64,000 bases of DNA from Candidatus Pacearchaeota archaeon. GTDB taxonomy: Archaea > Nanobdellota > Nanobdellia > Pacearchaeales > GW2011-AR1. Made by a program: the position numbers and the translations under genes. The DNA lies in the NCBI GenBank assembly GCA_017609285.1, contig JAFCEE010000003.1:75529-139528 (forward strand), written 5' to 3'. Numbering within the stretch: position 1 is the stretch's first letter; each line of letters starts with the position of its first letter. Below the pieces are notes generated by a model. The model saw nothing but the letters and a program-made list of their open reading frames with translations. It did not search any database and was not told where the DNA came from. Shown one piece after another: positions 36,592 to 44,668 of this stretch.

Positions 36592-37190
36592 TTTTTTATT
36601 TTAAATGCTTCGGCATAATTGGTATTACCCCCCATGATTCCTCTAAAAGAGTTTAAAGACTTAACTGCTTTGTCATACCTTCTATGATTTAGTTGAGACT
36701 TATAGATCCTCAACAAATCTATTTTCTTATTTATAAAATTTGAAATGTCTTCGTAATAATTTACTCCGTACATCGGGGTATGAACTTCATATAATAAGAT
36801 ACCGAGAGGATTTAATTTTCCCTTTGAGTTAATTTTAGACATCCAAATTGCTTCTCTAGCTATCTCATAAGTTTTTTTATGGTCCCTATCTCCATCATTT
36901 TCATGGGGAAGGAAGATTATTGAGGGGTTGATCTCTCTTATTATTTTTTTTAATTTGTTTAAATTTTCAGAATTAAACTCTAAAGGTTCTTTTAGTTTAA
37001 GAAAAAAAATTTCCTTGATTCCTGCTTTAATTCTTACTTTTTCGGCTTCCTTTTCTCTAACAGAATCTCCTAAATAAGTCATGAAAACAACATAGACCTC
37101 ATTCCCTTTTTCTATATTCTTCAATAAAGTTCCTCCACAACCGATTATCTCATCATCCGGATGGGGAGCAATAACTAATATTTTTCTCAT
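36573..37190 (-). CDS. PIG-L/LmbE-family N-acetylglucosaminyl deacetylase
   Basis: ILVIAPHPDDEIIGCGGTLLK and HENDGDRDHKKT (zinc-ligand motifs). Confidence 0.8.
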   Translation of the reverse strand: MRKILVIAPHPDDEIIGCGGTLLKNIEKGNEVYVVFMTYLGDSVREKEAEKVRIKAGIKEIFFLKLKEPLEFNSENLNKLKKIIREINPSIIFLPHENDGDRDHKKTYEIAREAIWMSKINSKGKLNPLGILLYEVHTPMYGVNYYEDISNFINKKIDLLRIYKSQLNHRRYDKAVKSLNSFRGIMGGNTNYAEAFKIKKWSDSL

Positions 37191-37258
37191 AATTCTTATA
37201 ATCAGGAGGGATATAAAAGGTTACCTGTTTAATTTAGTTACAAAAGATAAAAATACTA

Positions 37259-38014
37259 TTAAAAAATTGTATTTCGTAAATGTTCTCTTAGCCTTATCAA
37301 AAATTTTCCAGTAATTCTCTTAACAGACTTTTCTAGAATCTTCTCGTTTAGATTCATATTAGCTAAAATCTCTCTTGACATTCTTTTAGTTTTTCCTTCT
37401 TCAACTAAAGAATAAATTATTGCATTTTTGATTTTTCCATTTTTACATAATATTCTTTTTAGTACGTTATCTACCATATTTAGTTTTTTTTTCTTTGTAA
37501 GTTTAATAATCCATGAATTTACTTTTGGTGGAGGCATAAAACTTTTTTTCTTGACTTCACAAATATAATTTATATTAAAAAATAAATTTGCGATTATCCC
37601 GATTTTTCCTTCTCTCTTCTCTAGAATATTCTTAAATTTCTCTCCTGCAATAACTACAATTTCTTCAATGTTATCTCTTATTGCTTTTAGAACTAAATCC
37701 CCTGAAATAAAATAAGGAATATTTGAAACAATTTTATTATACCCTCGCCAGTCGCTTTTTAAAGCATCCGAGTACATAATTTTTAAATTGTTATATTTTT
37801 TGGATATCCTGTCTAAATCTTTTTTAAATTTTTTATCTATCTCAAAAGCTAAGACTGTTTTAGCTTTTTTAGTTAACTCTTGTGTGAGAATTCCTTTTCC
37901 TGCCCCAATTTCTATTATTTTATCTTTATTAGATATTTCTGCTTCTTTAATTTCTCTTTCAATTATTTTTTTATCTATTAAAAAGTGCTGGCCCTTATTA
38001 AAATCTATATCCAT
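37259..38014 (-). CDS. ksgA: 16S rRNA dimethyladenosine transferase (KsgA/Dim1), host-like composition
   Basis: GQHFLIDKKIIEREI...IIEIGAGKGILTQEL...VLAFEIDKKF...IVSNIPYFISGDLV. Lys-rich and AT-rich like the core genes. Confidence 0.8.
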   Translation of the reverse strand: MDIDFNKGQHFLIDKKIIEREIKEAEISNKDKIIEIGAGKGILTQELTKKAKTVLAFEIDKKFKKDLDRISKKYNNLKIMYSDALKSDWRGYNKIVSNIPYFISGDLVLKAIRDNIEEIVVIAGEKFKNILEKREGKIGIIANLFFNINYICEVKKKSFMPPPKVNSWIIKLTKKKKLNMVDNVLKRILCKNGKIKNAIIYSLVEEGKTKRMSREILANMNLNEKILEKSVKRITGKFLIRLREHLRNTIF

Positions 38015-38371
38015 ATAAAGAGGTAAGAATAAGGATTTTAAAAATTGTTCTGTTTCATTTTTTTCTTAATTGTATCATCTTCAACCATTCATTATTAGAG
38101 TTTAGTTTCAATTTCCATAATGGCAATTTTATAAGTAAATAAAATTTTTATAAGAAAGTTTACAATTATTTTAGGGCTAGTTAGTATTATTGGATTTGTT
38201 TGTGGTAATTATTAATGGTATTTTTATTAGAATACAAAGTTTCTCTTTGTAGATAGACCATTAAAAATTATTAGGATAACTAACTCTCTATAACTTAACA
38301 ATGCAAATCAAACGAAAGATTTAAAAACCTAAAATTTCATTAAATTTTGCATTAAAAAGAAATGTTAAAAA

Positions 38372-39652
38372 ATGGCAAAAGAAAAACCAAATATGAATGT
38401 TGTGTTTGTAGGTCATGTTGACCATGGTAAGTCAACATGTATAGGTAGACTTATGTTTGAGTCTGGAGCAATACCAGAACAGCAGATGAAAAAATTAAAA
38501 GAAGAGGCAGAAAAGCATGGAAAAGTAGGTTTTGAATTTGCTTTTGTTATGGACAAGTATAAAGAAGAAAGAGAAAGAGGAGTTACAATTGATTTAGCTT
38601 ATCAAAAATTAATGACTGATAAGTTCCAAATTACTGTTATAGATGCTCCTGGACATAAAGACTTTGTTAAGAATATGATTACTGGTGCAAGTCAAGCAGA
38701 TGCTGCTTTTCTTGTTGTTGCTGCTGATGCAGGAGTACAGCCACAAACAAAAGAACATCTTTGGCTTTTAAGAACGATGGGTGTTGAACAATTAGCTGTT
38801 TTAATAAACAAGATGGATGTTGTTAATTATGACGAAGCCAAGTTTAATAAAGTTAAAGAAGACATAACTTCTTTGCTTAGAACAGTAGGCATAAATCCTG
38901 AAAAAGTTCCTTTCTTAGCTGTTTCTGGCTTAAAGGGAGATAATATTGTGAATAAAAGCGAAAATATGTCTTGGTACAAAGGTCCTACTTTAAAAGAACA
39001 GTTTGATAATTTTGAAGAACCTAAAAAACCTATTGATTTACCATTGAGGATGCCTGTACAAGATGTTTATGAGATTACTGGTATTGGTACTGTCCCTGTA
39101 GGAAAAATAGAAACAGGGATAATGAAGCCAGGACAAAAAGTTGTAATATTGCCAGGAAGGACTGGTAAAGGTATTGAAGGAGAAATAAAAAGTATAGAGA
39201 TGCACCACGAACAATTACCTCAGGCAGAAGCAGGAGATAATGTTGGTATCAATATTAGGGGAGTTGGAAAGAAAGACATTGCAAGAGGCGATGTTATATG
39301 TCAGGCAGACAAACCAGCTACAGTTGTAAGCGAGTTTACTGCTCAAATAGCTGTTATAAATCACCCCACTGTTATTGCTAAGGGTTATACACCTGTTTTC
39401 CATGTACATACTGCTCAGGTGCCATGCCAATTTATTGAGTTACAAAAAAAATTAGACCCAAAAAGTGGACAGGTGGCTGAAGAGAACCCTGATTTCTTAA
39501 AGAATGGCGATGTTGCTATAGTAAAGATAAAGCCAATGGGAAATCTCGTTTTAGAAAAGCAGTCTGATAATCCTCATATGGCAAGATTTGCTATAAGAGA
39601 CGCTGGAGCAACAGTAGCAGCTGGAGTTTGTATAGATTTAGTTGCCAAATAA
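38372..39652 (+). CDS. tuf: translation elongation factor 1-alpha (aEF-1alpha)
   Basis: [26 protein letters not shown], and a typical EF-Tu/EF-1A domain 2/3 sequence. Confidence 0.95.
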   Translation: MAKEKPNMNVVFVGHVDHGKSTCIGRLMFESGAIPEQQMKKLKEEAEKHGKVGFEFAFVMDKYKEERERGVTIDLAYQKLMTDKFQITVIDAPGHKDFVKNMITGASQADAAFLVVAADAGVQPQTKEHLWLLRTMGVEQLAVLINKMDVVNYDEAKFNKVKEDITSLLRTVGINPEKVPFLAVSGLKGDNIVNKSENMSWYKGPTLKEQFDNFEEPKKPIDLPLRMPVQDVYEITGIGTVPVGKIETGIMKPGQKVVILPGRTGKGIEGEIKSIEMHHEQLPQAEAGDNVGINIRGVGKKDIARGDVICQADKPATVVSEFTAQIAVINHPTVIAKGYTPVFHVHTAQVPCQFIELQKKLDPKSGQVAEENPDFLKNGDVAIVKIKPMGNLVLEKQSDNPHMARFAIRDAGATVAAGVCIDLVAK

Positions 39653-39857
39653 GATTTCTTATTCTGTTAAGTCGAATGAAAACCACTTTTATCAATAGCT
39701 TTATCAATAATAGATATAATATATCTTGGTAAAATGAGTTATTTTTTGGCATACTATCGCTTTTAACTAACAACATCTCTTATTAAAATTTTAATTATTC
39801 AGTATTTTTACTAACAAAATTAAAAAAATAAAGAAAAAGAAATTTTGTTTTGAGAAG

Positions 39858-39950
39858 TTATTCGTCATCAAGCTCTAAATCAGCTAAATCTTCTTCGTCT
39901 TCTTCTACATCTAAATTATCTTCGACATCAAACCCAAATTCATTATCCAT
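39858..39950 (-). CDS. possible 30-aa highly acidic micro-protein
   Basis: Hand translation: MDNEFGFDVEDNLDVEEDEEDLADLELDDE*. A TTTATAAA element lies ~45 nt upstream on the same strand. Below the ORF-track cutoff and could be fortuitous. Confidence 0.25.
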   Translation of the reverse strand: MDNEFGFDVEDNLDVEEDEEDLADLELDDE

Positions 39951-40230
39951 TTTTCTCACTCTTTTTTATTTGTTTTTTTCTGCATATTTTAATTTATAAA
40001 CTTTTCTATGAACAAGGAGAGCAGAGAAAGATTTATAAATATTCTAATATGTGTTTATAGAAGAAAGATATCATAAGATAAGAATCATTAATCACAATCA
40101 ACTTTCATTTATCATTCAGCTCATACTAATTTTTGAGAGCTTTAAATGTGGGAGTGAATTGTAAAGTGTAAAGTAGTAAGGAGATATCTTTCTTTATATA
40201 AATTTAAACTAAATTCAATTAGGAGGTAAA

Positions 40231-41382
40231 ATGGCAAAAATTAGTCCAATAGCAATCAAATATATGATTCATGCTAATCTTGTTGCAGATAGTTTAGTAG
40301 AAAAGCCAGATGTAATTGGAGCTATATTTGGTCAGACAGAGGGTTTGCTAGGAAGTGATTTGGAAATGAGAGATTTGCAAAAAGAAGGAAAAATAGGAAG
40401 AATAGAAGTTTTCTTAAAAACTGAAGATGGCAAAACTACTGGAAAAATTGAAATTCCTTCTGCATTGGATAAAGCTGAAACAACATTAATAGCTGCAGCA
40501 ATAGAAACAATAGAGAGAGTAGGGCCGAGTAATGCTAAGATACAAATAGAGAGAATAGAAGATGTAAGAGGGAGTAAAAGAGAGTATATTTTAGAGAGGG
40601 CAAAGAGCTTACTTAAAAGTATAGAGGAAGGGATGCCAAAAACAAGAGAAATAGCAGAGAATTTAAAAGTTGGGGCAAGAATCAGAAAGCTAAGAGAGTA
40701 TGGGGAGGAGAAATTACCTGCAGGTAACTTGGAATCTGATGACATAATAGTGGTAGAAGGAAGAGCAGACGTCATCAACTTGTTGAGAAATGGTATAGAG
40801 AATGTTATAGGGATGGACGGCACTAAATTGCCTGAAGCAATTAAAGAACTAAGTTATGACAAAGAGGTAACTTTATTTGTAGATGGTGACAGGGGTGGAA
40901 AACTGATAGCCAAGAATGTTATAGATAATGCAAGGATAGATTATATAGCATTTGCTCCAGACGGCAAGGAAGTAGAAGAGCTAACAGAAAAAGAAATCTT
41001 AACTAGTTTAAGGAAAAAAATTCCAGTTCAGGAATTTTTGAAGAATTCAGGCAAGAGAAGAAGACAATATTTTAAGAAAAGGGTAGTAAGGGACACTGAA
41101 GAAAAAGTGGACTTGGACAGTAAGAAATTAAAAAAATTTTTAGAAGATGTAGAAAATAGCCGGTTAGCAATACTTCTCGATAAAAATTTAAAAGTTATAA
41201 GCAAAACATCTACCAAATCTCTTTTTTCTACCTTAAACAGAATGAGAAGAAAAACATATGTTATTATTGTAGATAAAGCTACTCCTAGTGTGATAAAAGC
41301 AGCAGAAGAGAACAATGTGGAAAATATTGTTGCAAAAAATTTTACTTCAAGTAGCAAGAGAATTAATTTGATAAGTTTATAA
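40231..41382 (+). CDS. dnaG: archaeal DnaG-type primase / exosome-associated Toprim protein
   Basis: IKYMIHANLVADSLVEKPDVIGAIFGQTEGLLG...IIVVEGRADVINLLRNGIENVIGMDGT...LFVDGDRGG (Toprim). AGGAGG SD before the ATG. Confidence 0.85.
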   Translation: MAKISPIAIKYMIHANLVADSLVEKPDVIGAIFGQTEGLLGSDLEMRDLQKEGKIGRIEVFLKTEDGKTTGKIEIPSALDKAETTLIAAAIETIERVGPSNAKIQIERIEDVRGSKREYILERAKSLLKSIEEGMPKTREIAENLKVGARIRKLREYGEEKLPAGNLESDDIIVVEGRADVINLLRNGIENVIGMDGTKLPEAIKELSYDKEVTLFVDGDRGGKLIAKNVIDNARIDYIAFAPDGKEVEELTEKEILTSLRKKIPVQEFLKNSGKRRRQYFKKRVVRDTEEKVDLDSKKLKKFLEDVENSRLAILLDKNLKVISKTSTKSLFSTLNRMRRKTYVIIVDKATPSVIKAAEENNVENIVAKNFTSSSKRINLISL

Positions 41383-41407
41383 GAAAATTTAAAAAGGCTA
41401 AAAAACT

Positions 41408-41860
41408 ATGGGTAGTATGGAAAAGAGGGGTATAATTGTAGTCAGTCTAATAATTATAGTAGTGATAATAGCAAGTTATTTTACTTTTTTCTATTCAAAG
41501 AGGTGTAGAGATTCTAGCTGTTTTAATGCTGCTTTATTGAAATGTAGGAAAGCAAGTTATATGAATGATGCTAAAGATGCGACTTGGTTTTATAAAATAA
41601 AGGGAAAGAGTAAAGGAGAATGTAAAATAAGGGTAGAGATCTTGCAAGTGAAAGAAGGAACTACTGACATGGCTTCTTTAGAAGGTAAAGCTATGTACTG
41701 TTATTTGCCTTTAGGAGTTGTTTCAAATCCTCAAGAGAATTTAGAGAGATGTCACGGCTTACTTAAGGAAGAGATGCAAAAATTAATTATAAGCAGATTG
41801 CATAATTATATTATGAGCAATTTAGGAGAGATTTCTGAAGAACTAGAAAAGCCGTTGTAA
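41408..41860 (+). CDS. hypothetical N-terminally anchored Cys-containing protein
   Basis: 150 aa; one N-terminal TM (IIVVSLIIIVVIIASYFTFFY) followed by a soluble Cys-containing domain. No family recognised. Confidence 0.5.
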   Translation: MGSMEKRGIIVVSLIIIVVIIASYFTFFYSKRCRDSSCFNAALLKCRKASYMNDAKDATWFYKIKGKSKGECKIRVEILQVKEGTTDMASLEGKAMYCYLPLGVVSNPQENLERCHGLLKEEMQKLIISRLHNYIMSNLGEISEELEKPL

Positions 41861-41861
41861 A

Positions 41862-42644
41862 ATGATGAGATTTGGGCCAGCAGGGCTTGGTGGAGTAAAA
41901 GAAGCGATTTCTAATCTGAAAAAATATTCTGAATTAGGATTAAAAGCTTGTGAGATTGCTTTTACTTATGGAGTTTATATTAAGGAAAAGCAGAAGAAAG
42001 AGATTAAGGAAATTAAAGAACAGGCAAAAAAACTAGATATAAAATTAAGCATACATGCTCCTTACTGGCTAAACTTAAATAGTAAAGAAAAGAAAAAGAT
42101 AGAAGAAAGCAAAAAAAGAATTTTGCAGTGTTGTAAAATAGGAGAAATGTTGGGATCTTACCTTGTAGTTTTTCATCCCGGATATTATGGTAAGATGAAT
42201 GAAAAAGATACCTACAATAACATAAAAAAAGCTATAATTGAGATTCAGAAACAAATTAAAAAAAATAGATGGAAAATTAAACTTGCTCCAGAAACTACAG
42301 GAAAAATAAATGTTTTTGGTAAAGAAGACGAAATTTTAAATCTTGTGAAAGAAACTAAATGTAGTTTTTGTTTGGACTTTGCACATCTCCTCGCTCGTTC
42401 AGGAGGAAAGGAGAGTTATAAAGAGATGTATGGTAAGTTTAAAAAATTCAAAAGCTTGCATGCGCATTTTTCTGGTATTGTTTGGGGTGAAAAAGGAGAA
42501 AGGAGACATAAAATTACGCCAACCAATGAATTAAAGAAATTGCTGAAAATTTTGCCAAAAAATAAAGACATCACGCTCATAAATGAAAGTCCAAACCCTG
42601 TTGCTGATTCTGTTAAAGCGCTAAAAATTTGGAATCAACTATAA
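41862..42644 (+). CDS. AP endonuclease family 2 / endonuclease IV-like TIM-barrel protein
   Basis: MRFGPAG...ACEIAFTYG...LSIHAPYWLNLNS...VVFHPGYY...PETTG...LDFAHL, a pattern typical of the Endo IV / xylose-isomerase-like fold. Confidence 0.6.
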   Translation: MMRFGPAGLGGVKEAISNLKKYSELGLKACEIAFTYGVYIKEKQKKEIKEIKEQAKKLDIKLSIHAPYWLNLNSKEKKKIEESKKRILQCCKIGEMLGSYLVVFHPGYYGKMNEKDTYNNIKKAIIEIQKQIKKNRWKIKLAPETTGKINVFGKEDEILNLVKETKCSFCLDFAHLLARSGGKESYKEMYGKFKKFKSLHAHFSGIVWGEKGERRHKITPTNELKKLLKILPKNKDITLINESPNPVADSVKALKIWNQL

Positions 42645-43024
42645 CTTCTAATCTGTTTTTTCAATTCAAAAAGAAGAGATTTATTTAAAATTGATTCAGC
42701 TCTAATTAGTTTAGCTTTTAATTTTGGTTTTGTCTTAATATCCCTTTTAATTACAGAAATAGGTATTATGCTTATTTTTAATTTTCCATTCATGATTATT
42801 TTTCTTAGGTTAGTTGATATAGCTAGAACTTCTATTGGTTTTTTATTTAAAATATATATGCCAATCAGATCTATAAAATATTGTTCCAGAAGCTTAATGA
42901 CTTCTTTTCTTATGTTGATAGGTCTATTTATAACAGTAATTTTAACTTCACTTCCAAGCAATTTCTTCGGCAACAATACTCCTGCACTATTCCCTACTTT
43001 AATTGCTTTTTTCAAAAATTCCAT
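42635..43024 (-). CDS. AbrB/MazE/SpoVT-type DNA-binding domain protein
   Basis: N-terminal KAIKVGNSAGVLLPKKLLGSEVKITV (swapped-hairpin motif) plus an uncharacterised ~90-aa C-terminal part. Confidence 0.5.
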   Translation of the reverse strand: MEFLKKAIKVGNSAGVLLPKKLLGSEVKITVINRPINIRKEVIKLLEQYFIDLIGIYILNKKPIEVLAISTNLRKIIMNGKLKISIIPISVIKRDIKTKPKLKAKLIRAESILNKSLLFELKKQIRSYS

Positions 43025-43167
43025 GTTATAACAATGTTATAACTCCTTTTAATACTTTTCGGCAATTTTTCACTATAAAATGGTAGTGAATTTGTAGTCA
43101 CCACAAAGTTTATAAAGCATATAAAACTATTTCTCTCAACTAAATTAAATTTGACTAAGGGAGGAAA

Positions 43168-44391
43168 ATGAATACTAAAATTTTGGTTTCCTTGATGACA
43201 ATTTTAGCATTACTTACAGTCATGCCTTTAGTTGCAGCAACTGGTGTTGTAACTACTAATTCAGTTGAAGTAGATGGCATGTATGTTGGGAGTGAAGGAA
43301 ATACCTGGCATAATGTATCAGTTGAAGCTGGTCAAGTGGTTCCTTTAAGAGTAGAGTTTACAGCAAATACTAATGCAAGTGATGTAGAGATTTCTGCTTG
43401 GATTAGAGGACATAGAAGTGATTCTGTTAGTAAAGATCTTCCAGACTTACTTGAGGGAAGTAACTACAATGCAAAAAAACTTTCTTTGAGAATTCCATCA
43501 GACCTTGATGAAACTGAAGAAGATTTGGTTTTAGTTATTGAAATTGAAACAGACGAAGGTAGTATAAAAGAAGAGTATACTTTAAAGGCACAAAGAGAAC
43601 CTTACAAAGCAAACATCTTATTTGTTGAAGCTGACAAGACAGTAGTAGCAGGTTCGTCTCTTCCTGTAGATGTTGTTGTCAAGAACTTAGGAAGGCATGA
43701 ACTTGAAGACCTTGTTGTATCTGTAGGAATTCCAGAATTGGGCTTAGAAAAAAGAGCTTATTTTGGTGACTTAACACCTCTTGACGACTGGCAAGATGAT
43801 GACGAAAACGAAGATGCAGTTGAAAGAAGAATCTATTTGAAAGTACCTGTAAGTGTTAATGCTGGTGACTATGAGTTAGTTGTAGAAGTGTATAATGAAG
43901 AGTCAAATGATATTGTAAAGAGAGATATAGCAGTGGTAGGTACTGAAGAAGCAACTCAAGTTGTTGTTCCTGTATCAAGTAAAGAGTTGTCTACTGGAGA
44001 AACAAAGACTTACACTTTAGTGATTGTAAACGCTGGGAAGAATATAGGTGTATATGAGATAATACCAGAAACAGCAGAAGGAGTAATTGTTTCTGTATCT
44101 AATCCGGTAGTTACAATACCAGCAGGTTCAAGTAAAGCAGTAGAAGTTGAAGTTAAAGCAGGAAGCAGGGAAGGAACATATAATTTTGCTGTTGGCGTAA
44201 CATCTCAAGGGAAACTTGTTAAGAGAGTTGTTATGAATGCAAATGTTGTTAAGGGAAAAGTAGTTAGAGGAGATTTGACAATCTTAACTATAATCTTGGC
44301 AATAATTTTTGTTGTCTTGCTTATAGTGTTAATAGTATTGTTAACAAGGAAGCCTACAAAAGCAGAAGAGCTTGAAGAAAGCTACTACTAA
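43168..44391 (+). CDS. candidate S-layer / major surface protein with C-terminal membrane anchor
   Basis: Signal peptide (ILVSLMTILALLTVMPLVAATG), acidic V/E/T-rich beta-type repeats, C-terminal TM (LTILTIILAIIFVVLLIVLIVLLT) then RKPTK. Strong SD (AGGGAGG) and T-rich terminator tracts downstream. Confidence 0.6.
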   Translation: MNTKILVSLMTILALLTVMPLVAATGVVTTNSVEVDGMYVGSEGNTWHNVSVEAGQVVPLRVEFTANTNASDVEISAWIRGHRSDSVSKDLPDLLEGSNYNAKKLSLRIPSDLDETEEDLVLVIEIETDEGSIKEEYTLKAQREPYKANILFVEADKTVVAGSSLPVDVVVKNLGRHELEDLVVSVGIPELGLEKRAYFGDLTPLDDWQDDDENEDAVERRIYLKVPVSVNAGDYELVVEVYNEESNDIVKRDIAVVGTEEATQVVVPVSSKELSTGETKTYTLVIVNAGKNIGVYEIIPETAEGVIVSVSNPVVTIPAGSSKAVEVEVKAGSREGTYNFAVGVTSQGKLVKRVVMNANVVKGKVVRGDLTILTIILAIIFVVLLIVLIVLLTRKPTKAEELEESYY

Positions 44392-44448
44392 ATTTTTTAG
44401 TTTTTTAATTTTTATTTATTTTTTTATTTTTTATTTTTGTTCAAGGTA
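44392..44448 (+). terminator. oligo-T tract cluster after the surface-protein gene
   Basis: Five runs of five or more T directly after the stop codon (TTTTTTAGTTTTTTAATTTTTATTTATTTTTTTATTTTTTATTTTT), resembling archaeal oligo-T termination signals. Confidence 0.5.
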
Positions 44449-44458
44449 ATAAGAAAAA

Positions 44459-44668
44459 ATGAAAGAATGCGCAGACGAGAGAATAAGAGTTTTAAAGGCT
44501 GCAAAAAAAGAGGCAGAACAAGCTTTAGCATTATTAAACAGTTCTTATGAAAAATTAAAAAAAGATTATGTGATGGAGTTTGGATTAATGTACATGCAAT
44601 GCCGTGACATTTTAAATACTTACATAAGAAGAACAGAGGAAATTTCTAATGGAATTACAAGAGAATAA
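44459..44668 (+). CDS. hypothetical small coiled-coil protein
   Basis: 69-aa ORF, helical and K/E-rich. Its stop abuts the convergent SMC-like gene stop. Confidence 0.35.
   Translation: MKECADERIRVLKAAKKEAEQALALLNSSYEKLKKDYVMEFGLMYMQCRDILNTYIRRTEEISNGITRE

Noticed and set aside
28862-37190. Interpretation of the deazapurine cluster as a Dpd-like 7-deazaguanine DNA-modification/restriction system
   Set aside because: No tRNA-guanine-transglycosylase-like (DpdA/TGT) gene and no helicase, nuclease or ParB-like partners occur in or next to the cluster. The tailoring genes are sugar and small-molecule types instead.
28862-37190. Interpretation as a classical 2-deoxystreptamine aminoglycoside cluster
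   Set aside because: Several enzyme families are shared (PIG-L deacetylase, carbamoyltransferase, SPASM-type radical SAM). However, there is no 2-deoxy-scyllo-inosose synthase and no aminotransferase, and the glycosyltransferase is GT2-like rather than the expected type.
26746-38371. Interpretation of the EF-2/EF-1alpha insert as an integrated mobile element or provirus
   Set aside because: No integrase, transposase, capsid, terminase or plasmid replication gene is present. There is no tRNA at either border and no direct or inverted terminal repeats visible by eye. It is therefore reported only as an accessory block.
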